Below, piece by piece: positions 12,318 through 27,149 of a DNA stretch of 64,000 nt. The notes below the pieces were generated by a model. That model did not search any database, was not told the DNA's origin, and saw only the letters and a list, made by a program, of their open reading frames with translations. Position 1 is the stretch's first letter. Each line of letters opens with the position of its first letter. This DNA comes from Takakia lepidozioides (taxonomy: Eukaryota; Plantae; Bryophyta), in contig CM060733.1 of NCBI GenBank assembly GCA_030704615.1, forward strand, positions 39,246,001-39,310,000, written 5' to 3'. A program made the position numbers and the translations under genes.

Positions 12318-15300
12318 AGTTGCCAGTTGGCTGGGAGCAAGGGGGGATGCCCCCATTTAGAATTCCACTTTTGAGTGAAAAGAACTGGGGCCTTTGCAGC
12401 CATATCCAAGCTTCACCGAGTAGCCAAAAACAGGTTTGTGAGTCTGCGACACCTATTTCCACTCTGCAGGGTCAAATTGCAGCAGTGTAATTGGAGCCCG
12501 AAGAAACCAACAGAAGGAGTCTCTGTAGTGTTGAATATTGATAGGCGGCGTAGGGTTGCATTCCCCCGAGATCCTACAAAAAACTCCAATCGCAAAGAGG
12601 CCTTCTTCCTGTAAGTGGGAGTAGCAAGCTGGCTGGTATAAAGCCCCATCCCTATCTGCCTTCTACCAGCCAGAGTCATGCCGAGGTCATGCCATGATAG
12701 GGCATAGAAGGCCATATGCTCGGAACCAACGTCCCCTTTCCCTAGCCAAGCTGGAAGGGACCGGGCTGCCGACTGAACAGAGGTAAAGAAAGTCCAATGT
12801 TGTGGAATCTCTGCAGCTAACAAGTCCCAAGCTTCAAAGAGAGAGGAGAAGTGATCACCTCCTTGTGAATGAAGTTGGAAGAATCCCAGATATGGCAGAA
12901 ATGCGAGATGCCTGCCTTCTCCCAATGAGAATTATAGTTACCAAAAAGAGGTTGTCACAGTGCCTCCTCCAACCTCCCTCCAACGTGGAAGGAATTGTTT
13001 GATAGAGCGAATTGCGCACTTGAATCCAAGCAGCCCATATGGATTGCCATGCCTTGGATCCCAAGGGATTGGCTTTGGTAGATCTTTTACCCTGTGCGAT
13101 CCATCGAAGGGATTTGGGCCAGTCCCTAGATCTGGGAGCAGCATCCAGAACATGTTCACGGACCAGAAGACTCCACAGAGCAAATAGATTAGTGAAAATC
13201 CTGGGACCACTTAGCAAGAAGGGAAGTAATCTGAGCAAGGGGATCTATGATACCCAGACCTCCGAACCTTTTTTTCTGAGTGATCTCGGGACCCAACTAA
13301 CCAGAGCTCTACGATGTGGGGAGGAGGCCATTGCTCCCCAGAGGAAGTTTCTAACTGAAACTTTAATCTGGTTGATGATCTCTGAGCCTGGAGACCATAC
13401 TGCCGAGAACCATGAGGAGGCGAGAATCACCTGATTAGCCACAATTGCACGCCCTGTGATTACTCCAGTAAACAAAGTGCTTCCTAATGTTTTGGATGTC
13501 CGCTTCGTAACGTTGGTTATCTGTAAGACCGTGACCAATGAGGTGTCCAAGCAGCTTGTGAGCTTGTCCATCCTGAAGCCATCGCAGACATGGCCCCAAG
13601 AATCAATGTGATTGTTCGCAAAATTTGGATGTTGTTTAGAGAGAATCCCCACTGACTTGGGCCAATTGATCTTAAGCCCCGAAGCCAAGCAAAAAAAGAT
13701 GGAGAGCCTGAAGCGAGGCCGAGATGTTAGATGTTGAAGCATTATCCAATAACAAGATTGTGTCATCTGCGTTGAGTGAAGTTTTGATCGACGCTAGAGC
13801 AGGCAAGGATCGGGGAATCTTAAGGCCCTGTATATGCGAACGAGAGTCGAACAGGTGCCCAAGGCAATATACCACCAGTAAAAATAGAAAAGGGGCCAAA
13901 GGGCACCCTTGACGAACAGAACGATGCAAACGGAAGGCAGGAGAGAGAACTCCATTTACCAGAACTTTACTTGAGGTGGATGAAAGCAAGATCTTGATCC
14001 ACTGAAGAAAGCTCCCCGAAATTCCAAGCTTTTGAGTAGCACCAAGGAGGAAGTCCCAATCTATATTGTCAAAAGCCTTTTCAAAGTGTAACATAAGCAA
14101 GGCCAATGGCTGATCAGCTTCATAAGCATGATGTAAGGAGCCTTCCAGAGCCAAAAGGATGTTATCTAATATCATCATATTTCTCATGAACCCCGTCTGG
14201 TCAGGACGCACAAGCTTATGAAGGAAGGATTGCAACCTCATCGCCAGAGCTTTAGCAATTATTTTATAGGTCGAATTAAGCAAAGTGATGGGTCTATAGT
14301 TGGAGATTAGCTCCCTATCATCTTTCTTGAAAATCAAAGCAATAACCCCTTGTGATAGTTGAGATGACATAATGCCTTTCTGGAGGATGTCGTTCGCCAT
14401 AAGAAGAAAATCATCCCCTATATGGTTCCAAAGAGCCTTGAAGAACTCCACAGGGAGTCCATCAAGGCCCGGCGATTTTAATGAGGGCAGGGCTTCCATA
14501 GCATCACGAAGCTCATCAACCGAAAATGGAGCCAAGAGAGATAAGGATTCATCTTGAGATAAGATTTTGGGCACAGAGTCCAGGACTCTAATTCTGCAAT
14601 CAGTAACTTCCACAGAATTAATCGGGCGCGCAAAAAGATTGAAGAAGTAGGTTGCGGCCACAGATGCCATGGACTTAGGATTCGAATGGGAGGTGTTCAT
14701 ATGATCTCGAAGGGAGCATATGGATACTGCCGACTGACGTTGTTTAGCCTTTTGAAAAAAATACGCTGACATTTTTTCTCCCTTCAAAGACCATGTCACC
14801 CCCACTTTCCTTTTCATGTTTAGCTCTTTGAGAGCACACAGCTCAGACAATTCTCGCTTGGCTTGAAAGAGGGACTGCATGGTCACCAGATTGGATTCAA
14901 TATGCCACTGACAGTGGGCAATGTTTTAAATAGGACCTTCTCCTTTCTAACCCTATCATCCGCATCTTTCTAGATAGAAACTGGGCTCTAGCTTTGGTAA
15001 CAACGAGCTTGCAAAGAAATTTGATTGTTGGGGAGGCAAAGCCATTGCCCGCCTCCCGCCAAACCTTTCCCAGATCTTGCATCATTGGAATCGACTTAAG
15101 AAGAGAAGGGTTCATCTTAAGGAAATCCCTACTCCTACGGTGGAGACCAGGCACACTTAGCTCTACAGAGACCAACGCATGATCGAAATCAGGTAAGATA
15201 GGAGGAAGCGGGATGGGAGAGATCCAGGAGGAGGCTGCGGACGAACTGTAAAAGTGATCTAGTCTGGCCATGCATAAGTCGGGGGGAATTCTATTGTTAG

Positions 15301-18300
15301 ACCAAGTGTATGAAACTGGAAGGTATCAGAGAGACCAATAGAAAAACATAGGCGATCCCAGGCTGCTTGTTCGAGGAGGGACCCATCCTACCGGCTAGAC
15401 AGTCCACCATATTGCTGAAATCTCCCCATAGGATCTAGTTATCAACCTGCGGATGCTTCAGGATACTCTCATGAATTGAAGACCAAAAATCGATACGGTC
15501 AGCAATCGAGTTAGGAGCGTAGACGTTGATGAAAGCTGAAGCTCCAAAAACAGAGGAGCTATTAGTGAAAGTACATTGAGCTCTAGTACCTGGCATCCAA
15601 ATATCCACTCTAGAAATGCAATTACCCAGCAATGGAGCGACTAGGTTGGCAGTTCCGCCTCTGGAGTCTATAATAGTAGGGTTCCACCAAGCCAAGGCAA
15701 GAAGACGAGATTGTTTGCCCTAAGGAAGCAATTTTCCTAGCGGTAAGCTTATGCTCTTGCAAGAATAGAATGCTATTGAGAGGTAGAAAAGAGGAGGCCC
15801 AATTCCGAATTCTACTACGTTTAGGCACGGATGCCTCGGAGCCAATTCCTCTAATGTTCGAAGAAAAAACTTTCCAACTCATGGAGGTAGAACTGAGAAG
15901 CTCGTGATTGATTCACGATTTGATGGCCAGAGGAAGAAGAGAAGGCACCCATTTGTAACCCAGTGGGGCCGAAACTTTCAAGGAGCCCACAAACCAGATA
16001 GTAACACCGTCAGGGCATGAGACATCAAGGTTCATGCAAGGTCAGGCAATTTTCTTCAGAACTGAAATTATAGTTAACAGAGATTGCATGGAGACATCCA
16101 GAAATTTAGATATGAAAAGCAATCATTCATGTGAGGTTGAACGATTCGAGCATTTGATAGCAGGGAATGAAATGGACTCAACAACCAAATCAACAACCAA
16201 AACACACGTAGATGAGGGGGTATCCTCATAAAAAATGAGAAGAGGAATAAACAGTGGAGATGAGCAAGAGCTCACGGCAGGGAGGGAAGGGATGGCGAGA
16301 TCCATAGGCGCTAGACAAAAGGAAGAATTGTCCAAATCAGGGACTGGAACTATGGCCAGCTCATTTGAGGCTGCAGCCTTGTCCGAGTTGTGAGAATATT
16401 TTTGCGAGGAGCGCAAGGCCTACACCAGAAGCCTTCCAGCTCGTATGTTGCAGATAAGTACGGGCGGCTGGCTGCGCTTCCCAGTTCGGCAGGGTCCGAG
16501 CTTCCAGAGATCCACCTGAGGGACGGGTCCGAAGCATGTAGGGAAGAAACATCAGAAAGCTGGATAACTAGTAGAACTTGAATGAAGAAGAGCTTATTAT
16601 TAGAGGCAGATTAATGCACTCTTGAGCCAAAAAACACGGCAGTTTCTGAAGATAACTCAAAAGAGGGGAGGGATGATGAGAAAATCTCCCATATCTTGGC
16701 GAGAATAAGCTCCAATTCTTTGCCCTGGGAAAGGGTAAAGACATCCTCTTTAGTGATCCAGGCGGAGGCAAACTTATTGCCTCCCGAGAAGAAACTGAGG
16801 GGATTCCTTCTGGGAAGCCGAAGATTATGGGGGCAATAGTGATCACCACCGAATGAGACCTAGCCAACTGAAAAGCATCAGGTTGAGGCACATCCGCGAA
16901 GGATTTCAACTGAAAGTAGTACGTCGTCAAGCTCTGGGTCCCATCCTTGGGATGGAGCGGAAAGACTGCCGGGATATCTTCAGCTTTAAAGAGAGCTCCC
17001 TGGGATGGTGAAGAGAGCAGATAGACACGAGGACTAATTGCGGCCGGGGCACGAAATCAGATCGAGATCTTTTGGACGGATGAGGCAGTGGTGGCGTAAC
17101 ATCCATTCTTTTTCTGGAGGGTCCTGCCAAAGCATCATGGGGAGCCATCACTGTATCATTTGCAGGCATCGATGCTCTCGTTCAGTCCTGAAGCTTGGGG
17201 CAATTTGCCTTCACATGCCCCTCTGCGTTACAGTGGAAACAAATCACCACAATAGAAACCTCTTTGACAGCCACGGTAACAAACGAATTGTCCAAGGTGG
17301 GCAGCTTCAGCGTGGGTACAATGTTGGCCGCCTCTGGAATCCCCCCCCCCCCCGGTCTCTCTGGGCATCAAAGGACATCAGATCATTGTCAATACTTTGT
17401 GCATCAAGGTGAATCTGTTCTAGCACCTATCTTTGGAAGTGATCTAAGATAGTTTCTAGGGAGGTAAGGGAGAGCCAACACTCGTGGTCTGCATGTAACC
17501 CCACCTGTGTGTCCCCCATCGGCAGACCATGGGAAGATGTACTACACACGACACTTGGAGAGGCACACATTGAAGGCTAGCGCCCTTGCAGCAAACTCGG
17601 GAGAGCTAAACATTATCGAGTAGAAATTTTTACCAACGCCACGCAAAAATGAGTAGTTAGTCCACCATCGGGGCCAAAGTGCTCCAAAGCCCATTTCCTG
17701 GCGAATACCCTGTTGCGGATTCTTCCAAGGAAATGTATGAGAATTCCTTGCTCGGCGAGTAGATGGGAGTGTTCCTTGATAATCTCCATGTTGAGCTGGA
17801 GATAGGGCTGAGCCTCTTCAGCGGGGGCCACTTCTTCACTCCAATAAAAGGAGGTGCAGATCGGAGAGGAGGGTCCCTAGGGCCAGATCTCAGAACGGTG
17901 AGTCTTGGCCCACCCACCACGGTCCCATTGGACTGTGATGAGTCCCAAGACTCCCCACGACTCCCACCACAACGAGGTCGACACTCTATTGCAGCGGGAT
18001 ACAACACATAGGTAGCATCAACTATGCAATGTGGTATGTGGACGACCATGCTATGAAATGTGCAATTTGCAACAAGGAAGAGGGCCTCCTGCCATTCGCA
18101 TAGTTTCTAGCTCTAGAGTGCCTGTGAGAATCTCCTGTGTGACTATTGGCACCGAAGGCTGCAGGGACATACGCCATGACTGCGAATGCACAAAATGGAT
18201 CTGCGCTACAAGAGATGACGCAACAACAGACTATGGGTGAGCAGATAGGAAGCGCCTTAACAATTATGAGTCCAAAGTTTGGAAGGAAGAGAGCGATGGC

Positions 18301-19353
18301 GGAGAAGAGAAGATGGTGGGCGGGAAGCTGCCTCTGCTAGGGCATGGTGGGAAGCTGCATGGGGACCCGTCAGTAGTAAAGGCGGAGCGTGGGGAAATGA
18401 AGAGCGCCAAGAAAAAACACTGATGCACTTTCAATGATGGGCGCGCCGCGCACAGGTCTGTCAAAGTCACCAAGCCCGAGGAGGCGTCCAGAGCAACAAA
18501 AAATTAGGTCGATGAAGAGAGGGAGATGGGGAGAATCGTCGAGCATGAAGGGGAGTGTAGCACGACATGAACGAACAAGGGAAGTAGGCCAGCAGAGTAG
18601 GGAGAATGAGAGTGAGGAGCTGAGGGGAGAGCTGTGAAACGGCTAAGCCCCAGCCGCAAAGACTGCAAGTTACGGAGCTCCATCCCCCCCTCCAGCTTTT
18701 TTACAAACATTAGTATGAATAATCCATATAAGAAACATGTACGACTTTGTATATAATGTATTTCCTTACAAAGCATTCAATAGATGACGCATTGTGGTTA
18801 GGGCACAAAGCCACCTTGCATGTGGTCATGAGTTCAAAACCACACAAATTTTATGTATGTTGGACAATACCCATAATTATTATAACCAACCCATTTGTAA
18901 TAAGGGAGTTGTTGGATCAACGGGTGGGTATATGGGGACTTTCGAGTCATTGGAGAGGTTTGAACAATAGGTTGCCCCGATTATGGCCGTTAGAAAGTGT
19001 CCACCTTCCAAACGATTCTTCAAGCTCCAAGGTGAAGTGATACCATAATTTACGCTTGGCAAAAATAAAATTTTAATTCTTTTAATTTTCTTACGATCGC
19101 ATTAAATCATACAGGAAAAACCTTGTGCAAAAGTATATAAGGTCCGATATGGAATCAAGAATAAACTAAGTAGCTTGATCTAATGTTATGTTTTTATCAC
19201 GTATGAGCTCTAGTTTGTTGACTATTTAACCAAATATCACTTCAATTGTCAATGAGAGTGACGTAGTCCTCTAGTTGATACCAAAAAAATTGTAGGCTCA
19301 AAATTTCAAATATTAGTAAACTATCCATATATGAAATTTTAGAAAGTTTAAAA

Positions 19354-21277
19354 TTAAGATGCAAAAGGTGTAGTTTGAGGATCTAGGCCATGCATACGAA
19401 TGCGGTAAAGACAAGTATGGGAAGAACTACCGTGATTTGAGAGTACATGCGTCCGCAACATATTAATCAATACTCCTCCTACATCCTCATCTGATAACTG
19501 AAATGTTTGAATACTTGGTCCCTCAACATCGTACGTGAATTGCCCTAAGAGCCTACGAACTACTGTTCCATCAACATGTTGTCGAAGCTCATGCCACCCA
19601 AATACTCGAAAATCTTTTGGTGCACTTTTCACATCATAACCAGCATTCTACAGTTGAAGTCAAACAAAAGGACGTGGTGAGATTTTGCAAATTACAAGAT
19701 CAGCAAACAACCAAGAGATGATATCAAACTATCTTTCATCAATTAATTAATTAATTTATATAATTGAATGCTACCCTAGAACAAAATAGATTGAAGATAT
19801 ACATAGTATCACAAATTTTGTAATAAATGACATACCTTTGACACGTGCTCCAAAGTAATTGCATTGGGTAGAATGGCAGTTCGAAGTGAAATCTCCACAA
19901 ATACATTAGTGCCTTTGAGAGGCAAACATTGACCAGGTTCCCCGAAACTTGGCTCTAAGACCTTATTTGCCATATGGTGCTTTCGTGAAGCTCCACGAAG
20001 CAAATTCAACATCAAGGTACTCCAATCTCCACCACGACCCAAACTATAGCCTTCTGAATGTTCAACAACCCTACCCCCTCCACTTGCCAATGCATAATCA
20101 ACTCTTCCAATCCCATCTGCAGAATGTTTCTCCAGCTCACTTAACACGATTTGTCTTGCAGCTGATTGTATGTCTCCTAAAGTAATATGTTTCCCTCCCC
20201 CCGTTGCTATGCGTTTATCAATCAATGACTTCATGAGATCCATAACTTCATTTTTTGTCAATGGACCCCCTGTACTTTTATATAACTTGTCAACTTGAGC
20301 CTTCATACTACGCACTTCAGACCCTAGATATATCACTTGAGAATCTATTTTTTGTCTCACCTCTTGTCGCAAATCTCCCACCTCTTTTCCAATCTTTGTA
20401 TCTATTACTTCAAGTTGCACCTGTAAAAATCCTTCATATCAGATAAATGTATCTAGAATACGTACATGACTAAAGATTATGCATATATTAACAACAAGTT
20501 GACTTTGACATATAGACATGATAATTCTGCTATATTGTAATTACGACCTTACATGAAACGACTGTTATTTACTGTAGATTCAATTAGAGTCATTTTTTCC
20601 CCCTAATTATGATAATTGTGGACGTACAGTGTACCAGTGTATGCAATTTTCAACTACATAAAAATTAGAGTCATTCAAACATTGACCTGCATCCATTTTG
20701 TCGTCTTCATCACAAAATCCTCCAAATTTTCCAAATCAACTTGTTTTTGTATGGATGGAGGAGGACTCCCCCTATAACTCCAAACAGTTGTAACTCCCAA
20801 ACCCGCTCCTACGATAAAAATAATGAATAGACGCGAGAATAGATGACCCATAATGTCCCAAACTGAATATTTTCGTCTCTCTACATTGACAGTCGAATCC
20901 TTTTGTGTAAATTGTCTCAATGATTTAATATGTTTCATTGTTGGAGAAACTAAACCGGATGATGTCTCTACACCCATGGCAGATTTTTTCTTGGTAGAAT
21001 CCATTTGAGGAGCTTGAAGTGACATTTCATCCACAATGTTTAAATCTCTAGAAATTATTGTTACAATATTCTTCGTTTTTTTTGGAACTTCCAAGTCTCG
21101 TGATTGACTTGTTTGTGTGGTTGTGGGTGCAAGGGAAATTGTTGTGAAAGCTTCACTTGCTTCTGATCCACTTTTAGATGAGGTTGTTCGTTTCATAGGC
21201 CTGATAACAACCATAGTTGCTTTCTCAGATGTATTAAGGTCTCCCAACAAAGCATGTGTTGGTAAAGCCGTAGACAT
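19354..21277 (-). CDS. C-terminal SUN-domain nuclear envelope protein (SUN1/SUN2-like, LINC complex)
   Basis: Exons 21277-20687, 20420-19836 and 19647-19354, in phase. TM segment LFIIFIVGAGLGV and a coiled coil, then ADGIGRVDYALASGGGRV, EPSFGEPGQCLPLKG, TLEHVSK, SAPKDF and SNHGSSSHTCLYRIRMHG. Confidence 0.93.
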
Positions 21278-23676
21278 TATGATTATGAACTTTTTATTAT
21301 ATGAATCCCCGCGAATGAATTGGCTTTGACTTGTCAATATCGCTATATATTTGATAAGACATCATGTCTTCATCACTCTACAACATGTACTTTGAACTCG
21401 TCATGATCTGCAAAGAAATATGAAATTGCATCCACATACATTGCACTTGTCATAAACAATACTTTGCAATAAATTAAAAAACATCTGTAAGTTAGAGGTA
21501 CATCCTCAATTCAAACTTTTATGGAACAATTATCATATTATATATACATGGCTGTGTGATAAGATGACAACTATATACTAATTGAGCCACTATGAAAAAG
21601 ATCTTACTCTATCAACACAATATATAATTATAATAGAAGACGACCCAATGTGCGCCAACCATGACATCTTAGAAAAGATTCCACGAGATGAATGATTGAG
21701 CGTAATGATCCTTCATATCAAGTCTGCATATACAGTTATTTATAAGGGTTGATTTAGATCCAAATAAAAATAGCATAATCTTTATCATATTACTATAATC
21801 CGACATATTCAATACTGTATCACATTAGGGCACGACGATTATATGTAAATATGACTATGGACTCGTATCTTCAACAAAAAGAAAAAACAAATGCTTATAC
21901 TTTTAGTGTTAGAAGCTCTAAGTTATTAGATATTACTAAAAGGTTGATTTAACCCTACATAGGGCAAAATGTCGAAAATATGAAAATAGGTCATCAGATA
22001 GATTAGCTGGTACTTTGGACTTTCAGTCCTAAATCATTAAGAGATATGAATTATTCATATGTTTATATTTATTACCATTATTATCAAATTTTACTAAATC
22101 CTTAAGAGACATTTATTTATAAATAGCTACATAGATTATTATTACCCATTATCAAAGTAAATAAAAATATATATATGAATAATAATTTATATTTTAAAGA
22201 TTTTAGAATCTGACTATATAAACTATTTTTCTTCTTAAGACATTTAAAAATCCAATTTCGATAAAAGCTAGCTTAAACTTATTAACAGTTGGAGATTAAG
22301 CAGTCATTGCAGCAAATATTATAACTTTAAGAGATTGTGTACCTAAGATATACATAACAAATTACTGCATAAAACTAAGTATATGAAAATATAATCTGCT
22401 GGAAAGAAAAAGAAAAAATTGAAGATACAATTGTTGGAAAAAGTGTCAAGTTTTATTTTATTTTACTTTTTCCTTTCAAGAATCAAAACAAGGTCTAAAA
22501 AGCTATAAATTTGGATGACCTATACTATATAGAGTTACTCTGATGCCCTATTAATTCAATGTATTCTTATACAGGTTGTATACATTGTTTTATTTGATTT
22601 TTGTTTAAGATTCTTCTTCTTCTTCTTCTTCCAATATTATAACAATATTTGGGTTATTAAGGTAAAACTAAGTCTATATATAAAAAGTTATAAAAAGTGT
22701 ACAACATCATACTGTCCATATATTCGACATACATATTTTCTAATTTAGGATTGACCGCAATGTGGATATTAGGAGAGACATGGCACACGTAAACAACATA
22801 AGATTATGTACTGAATAGGTTTCAAAGTGAATTTAATACATACTTTGAATGAATTTAGATTGAAACCCTCATGTTTTGTTGAAATAGTGGTTGTCTTTTC
22901 ATGTTTTTCCAGTTCCCACAATTGTTTGCCAATATAGTTTCCCTGTAGCTAATGATTTGCAAGCAATTATAAAATATTGATCTTATATCAATAAGGTCTC
23001 TCCACAAGTATTTCAGATTAATAGAATGAATCAGATTGAAATTTAACATTTCTTTCAGCATTTTAGTTTCATATATTTATGGAATCATGGACGTACTTAG
23101 AGATAATTCAAAATAATAACTAATACATACATTGTAGAATCTCTTCATGGCTTCGTGGCTTCAGGCTAAACATGAAGTTATGGTAAGAATTTAATTGCCA
23201 TTTTATTATTTTGCTCGCAATATACTTTCCATATCAAAGATATCACAAATCTTCCTGCATATAGTGGACAACTAGCCTAATTGTGAGAAAAAAACGGGTG
23301 CAACAATTTCAATGTATGGCTAAGAGAGAGAGAGACAAGTGAAAAGTTTGAAATATGTTCATGGCTTGCTATTCTTGACATGGAATATATTAAAAGTAAA
23401 ATACAATGAGATGAGAGAACACGAAGAAAAATGTGTTAAGACCTAAAATTGTATAGACATTCAGAAAAAAGAAAACCTCTTTCATTTCTTACCTGGAAAT
23501 AATATTTTTACTGAGAAAGTAAATTATTTTCAGTATGAAAATTTTATTTTTTAAGATAAAAATACTAAGAGGAAAAAAAAAAGAAAAAAGAAAAGTACTA
23601 AGAGTAGGCCATGGTACTCAAATTTTACTCGGTGCTTCCAATACCGCTTGTGGTGTGTTTGCTTCATGGCTCTCTC

Positions 23677-23837
23677 GGGGTTATATTTGTTTCCCCTTCA
23701 AAAATAAAGTTCCATAAGTATCATTAAGGGCCACTATCCCAGCTTTTAGAAAAAAAGAGAAAAAAAAGAATGGACCACTCGGAAGCGACAGCTCACAATT
23801 CAGGCCCTTTATGAAGGAGGCGGAAAAATTAAACCCC
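23677..23837. mobile_element. Miniature (~160 bp) member of the GAGGTTATTT/GGGCC TIR family
   Basis: Ends are GGGGTTATATTTGTTTCCCC and GGAAAAATTAAACCCC. It contains the reverse complement of the GGGCCTGAWTTGTGAGCTGTCGCT motif also found at 41565 and 59133. No TSD seen. Confidence 0.5.
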
Positions 23838-23974
23838 TTTCATTTAAGTATTGCATCTATTATTGCAAGGCCAACTACAATTATAGAAATAAAGTTCCCC
23901 AGGGCCTTTGACCCTTGTGTTATATATATATATATACCGAAAGAGGACAAAGGCATTTTTAAATCGTACTACGG

Positions 23975-24085
23975 TACCTGTGCCGTTGGCCCAAGTGCAA
24001 TCTCCTATGTATGCAAGTGCGTCTCCTATGTCGAGGCCCAAGTGCGACCTCTAGGGTAGCCTCTGCCGTTGGCCCAAGGGTCCAA
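23975..24085. repeat. Short degenerate tandem repeats (GGCCCAAGTGC / TCTCCTATGT units)
   Basis: Repeated TGCCGTTGGCCCAAG, CAAGTGC and TCTCCTATGT blocks. Confidence 0.6.
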
Positions 24086-24933
24086 TGTCAACTAAGTCCA
24101 AATGCATTTTTTTTCCACAGAGCCTACGACCAGATTTGAACCGGAGACCTTTCCCTTGATCTCTCTCCTGGCGAGGCTCCAACCATTGTCCCAAGAATGC
24201 CCACTTTGCAAATTTCCGTGAATTTCCAGTGATCCAAAGTACTTGAAATTCCACATCTCCCACACCGTAGGTCCAAAAATCGTGAGACCAAGCCCGTGCA
24301 CCCTTCATCGTCGAGGGCTTTCCAATGGGACCAAGCACTCAGGGTGGGGTCCCGCAGTTTGGGACATCTCAAATCTACAAAACAAAACAAAATAAAACAA
24401 AACAAACATCTCGATTCATATATTGATTGATAGGGGGTTATGCAGGGAAAAACTTACATGAAAAATGATTGGGTAGCACCCTCGAACTAGCCACCTCATA
24501 CATGAAGTTTCAAGATGAATGAACTCATTCGTTCATCCAAAAATGTAAAAACAAGTAGTCCTTCCTTTAAGTTTGTAAGCTCATTTTCCAAAGCCCTCAA
24601 TTGACACGGAAGCCTTTTGAATTTGTTTCAATCAAACTGTTTTTAAAAATAATAATAAACTTCGTACACTTTTATTATTATTATTATTTTACAAAAGGGG
24701 ACGGAGGCCCCGTAGATCATATTAAAGAAGCATGGAATAACCATGCTGGGAGGCCATGAAGGCGATACATCATAAAATGATTGGGTTACACCTAGACCAA
24801 ACCATCTAGGGGTAAGCTTAGGAAAAAAAGGCAAACGATTCTCTGTGTAGGAAAAGTAAACCATAGAATCGAGCCAAGGACACCAGTGCACTGTCGCAGG
24901 GAGATCGCTTGAACAAAAACAAAACTTAACCAA

Positions 24934-25140
24934 TTCGCAAGATGTAAAGATTACCAGCCCGCAGAGTTTGAAATGGTGCGGGCCGGAGATTGCTTGAGCT
25001 GACTAGCAAAAGGAACCAGATCGCAAGATGTAAAGTTAGCAGCCTGCAGAGTTGAAGAGGCTGTATGCAAACATAGGAAAAGGAAAATCGAGAAAGAAGA
25101 TAGCAACCTGCAGAGTTGAAAAAGGCTGTATACGTACGAA
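24934..25140. repeat. Degenerate ~85-bp tandem repeat (2-3 units)
   Basis: TCGCAAGATGTAAAG at 24934 and 25021; (C/T)GCAGAGTT(T)GAA occurs three times. Confidence 0.6.
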
Positions 25141-27149
25141 GGGAAAAGAAAAGCTAGAAAGAGGACCCCTGAAAGCACCATAGAAAAAAATCTGCAGCCT
25201 GTCTAGCGCTTACGACGTAGGGGTTCAAAGTTGAGGTGGGCCTTGACTTTTGAATCCATGTTCTTCCGGTCTTCCAATTGATCTTCAGATCGTCGTTTTC
25301 GGCTGGAGAGGGCCAAGAACTTGGTGAGTCACCAGTCTAGAGGTGGTCAAGATGACCAATAGGGATGATCTGATGCCCATGTGTAGAGGATGCCTCCATT
25401 TGTCCAGGCAGCATCAAACTTCGAGATGAGGGCTCGCCGTTTGGTAGTTTCTATCAGTCTGATTCTCATAACAACAAGAAAAATATAGTAGACATTTAAG
25501 GGTTAAGATCTTTAAGTTTTTCATCTTATTGTATGTACACTAAAGTATTCTAGAAAGTTAACAGACTAGAATTGAGGTCCAAATGGTTATCTCTTGAAAA
25601 AGATCCATATGCTTAGTGCAACTTTTATCTTCTATTATCGGAGTTATTCAAATGGGAGTTTACCCCGAAGTGTTCCGAGAGTGTATGCATGCTTCTGCAA
25701 GTAATTTAGTGCGACATGAATATTTTGATTAAGAAACATGTGGCAATCTGATACTATCTATGGATTTAGCTGTAGTTGACACGGAAGCAGTCGTATTATA
25801 TGGGGAATTCATAATTTAAAATTTGCTCAAATTATAATTATTGGTCCTAAAAAACAGGTTGGATTGCTCGTGTGGTAGGTTTAAATGGAAAGCCGAGAAA
25901 TCAACATTTTATAGATCTGATATTGAAGTTGTTCGGATTACTTCGTGCTAAACTTGACTTGCTCAACAAACTGAGAACAATCTGCCACATTCGCAGCCGT
26001 TTAAGTGGGATCTCAGCCTTAGTTCCCTTTCATTCTCTGAAAAAAATAAAAATAAATATTGCATGGTACATGTGAGCCCTGCCCTTCATCATCTCAAAGT
26101 AAGGTTCATATTCCAAATAATGGTATCACCATATCAGTGTTACTGTCCTGTCAATTTTGGATCAATCTAACCCATACAGCTTGAGTTTATAGCCTTGAAT
26201 CCGTCCTAGTCTCTGTTCCATATTCTATTTTCATGAAAAGAATGCAAAAAACTGTTGTTGCTACTCATATGTCACTCATTCTATAAAATACCCATGCCTT
26301 GGTGTCAATAAGGTCCGCGAATTTTCGGTAGCCACGTCGTGATGTCTATGGCAGCTCCTTATGGCAGTTCCCTGGTCTGCCACCCGCGCACCTCCCCAGC
26401 TCCACAAGCCTGGCCACATGTCATGTGGGGCCGCCCCCTCCATACCTTGGTCTAGCTCGCCAAAACTCGCTCGCCAGTGCCCTAAACACTTAGTAGGTCC
26501 TCCGTTCCCTTACTTGGCCCGGCTCCTAGTTCCCCACCCACACCCTAAGTACTTATCTTTATGATTACTCGACATTATTCACAAATAACTCATTGCTCGG
26601 AGTGATTTTGGAAGGGGAGCTTTAAAGTTAGTGTTTCATGGAAGAGGAGTCTTAGCGTTAGTCTAACATGCATGTAAGAGGAGCTTTAGGAGGACAAAAG
26701 AAGCATAAAGTAGGTCCTATCAATTTTAAAATTGTTCAATTAAAACGTGTTAGTATATCCCCAAATATTTGTGCTTATCATGCATTGAGACTTGGGTTCA
26801 ACAAAATGGGACATGCCCGCTTTGCCACCGCAGGTTGTGAGAGAAAACTTGGGCATTTTGATTTCCAATTCTGTTTTCCGCCTGCTTGTTTAGGCCCTCA
26901 GTGTACTGTGAACCATTTCCATTATAAAGTTTACTTTTTTTGTCTCGGGATTTCTTCCCTCCCTCTGAAGCACCATTTGATTTCATTTCCGTCGTTAATA
27001 TCCATTTTCTTCTATAAGCTTTTTCAGCTTTCCGCTCGCGTTCTATGGTAACAAAGAATCACCGTAAGTAGCGGCATTGGCAGATACTCAAATCTGTCAT
27101 CTTTCACCAAGATTTCAACAAACTACCGCATATGCACAATGTAAAGGCC

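Larger units (their letters stand above)
10870..18650 (-). mobile_element. Near full-length, decayed L1-clade LINE (ORF1 with zinc knuckle; ORF2 with APE endonuclease, RT and C-terminal zinc finger)
   Basis: ORF1 knuckle CFHCNAEGHVKANCP (~17200-17250). ORF2 start MSWKVFSSNIRGIG (15882), then FLQEHKL, INVYAPN, ARLDHFY, KSPGLDGLPVEFF, NYRPITLLNSTYKI, FEKAFD, VRQGCPLAPFLF, NADDT and CSIC..ETIEHCLLYC. Frameshifts and stops throughout; the 5' boundary is approximate. Confidence 0.93.

Noticed and set aside
25495-25506. TTAAGGG|TTAA resembling another piggyBac right end
   Set aside because: Similarity to the 17-bp TIR stops after 7 bp and no matching left end was found.
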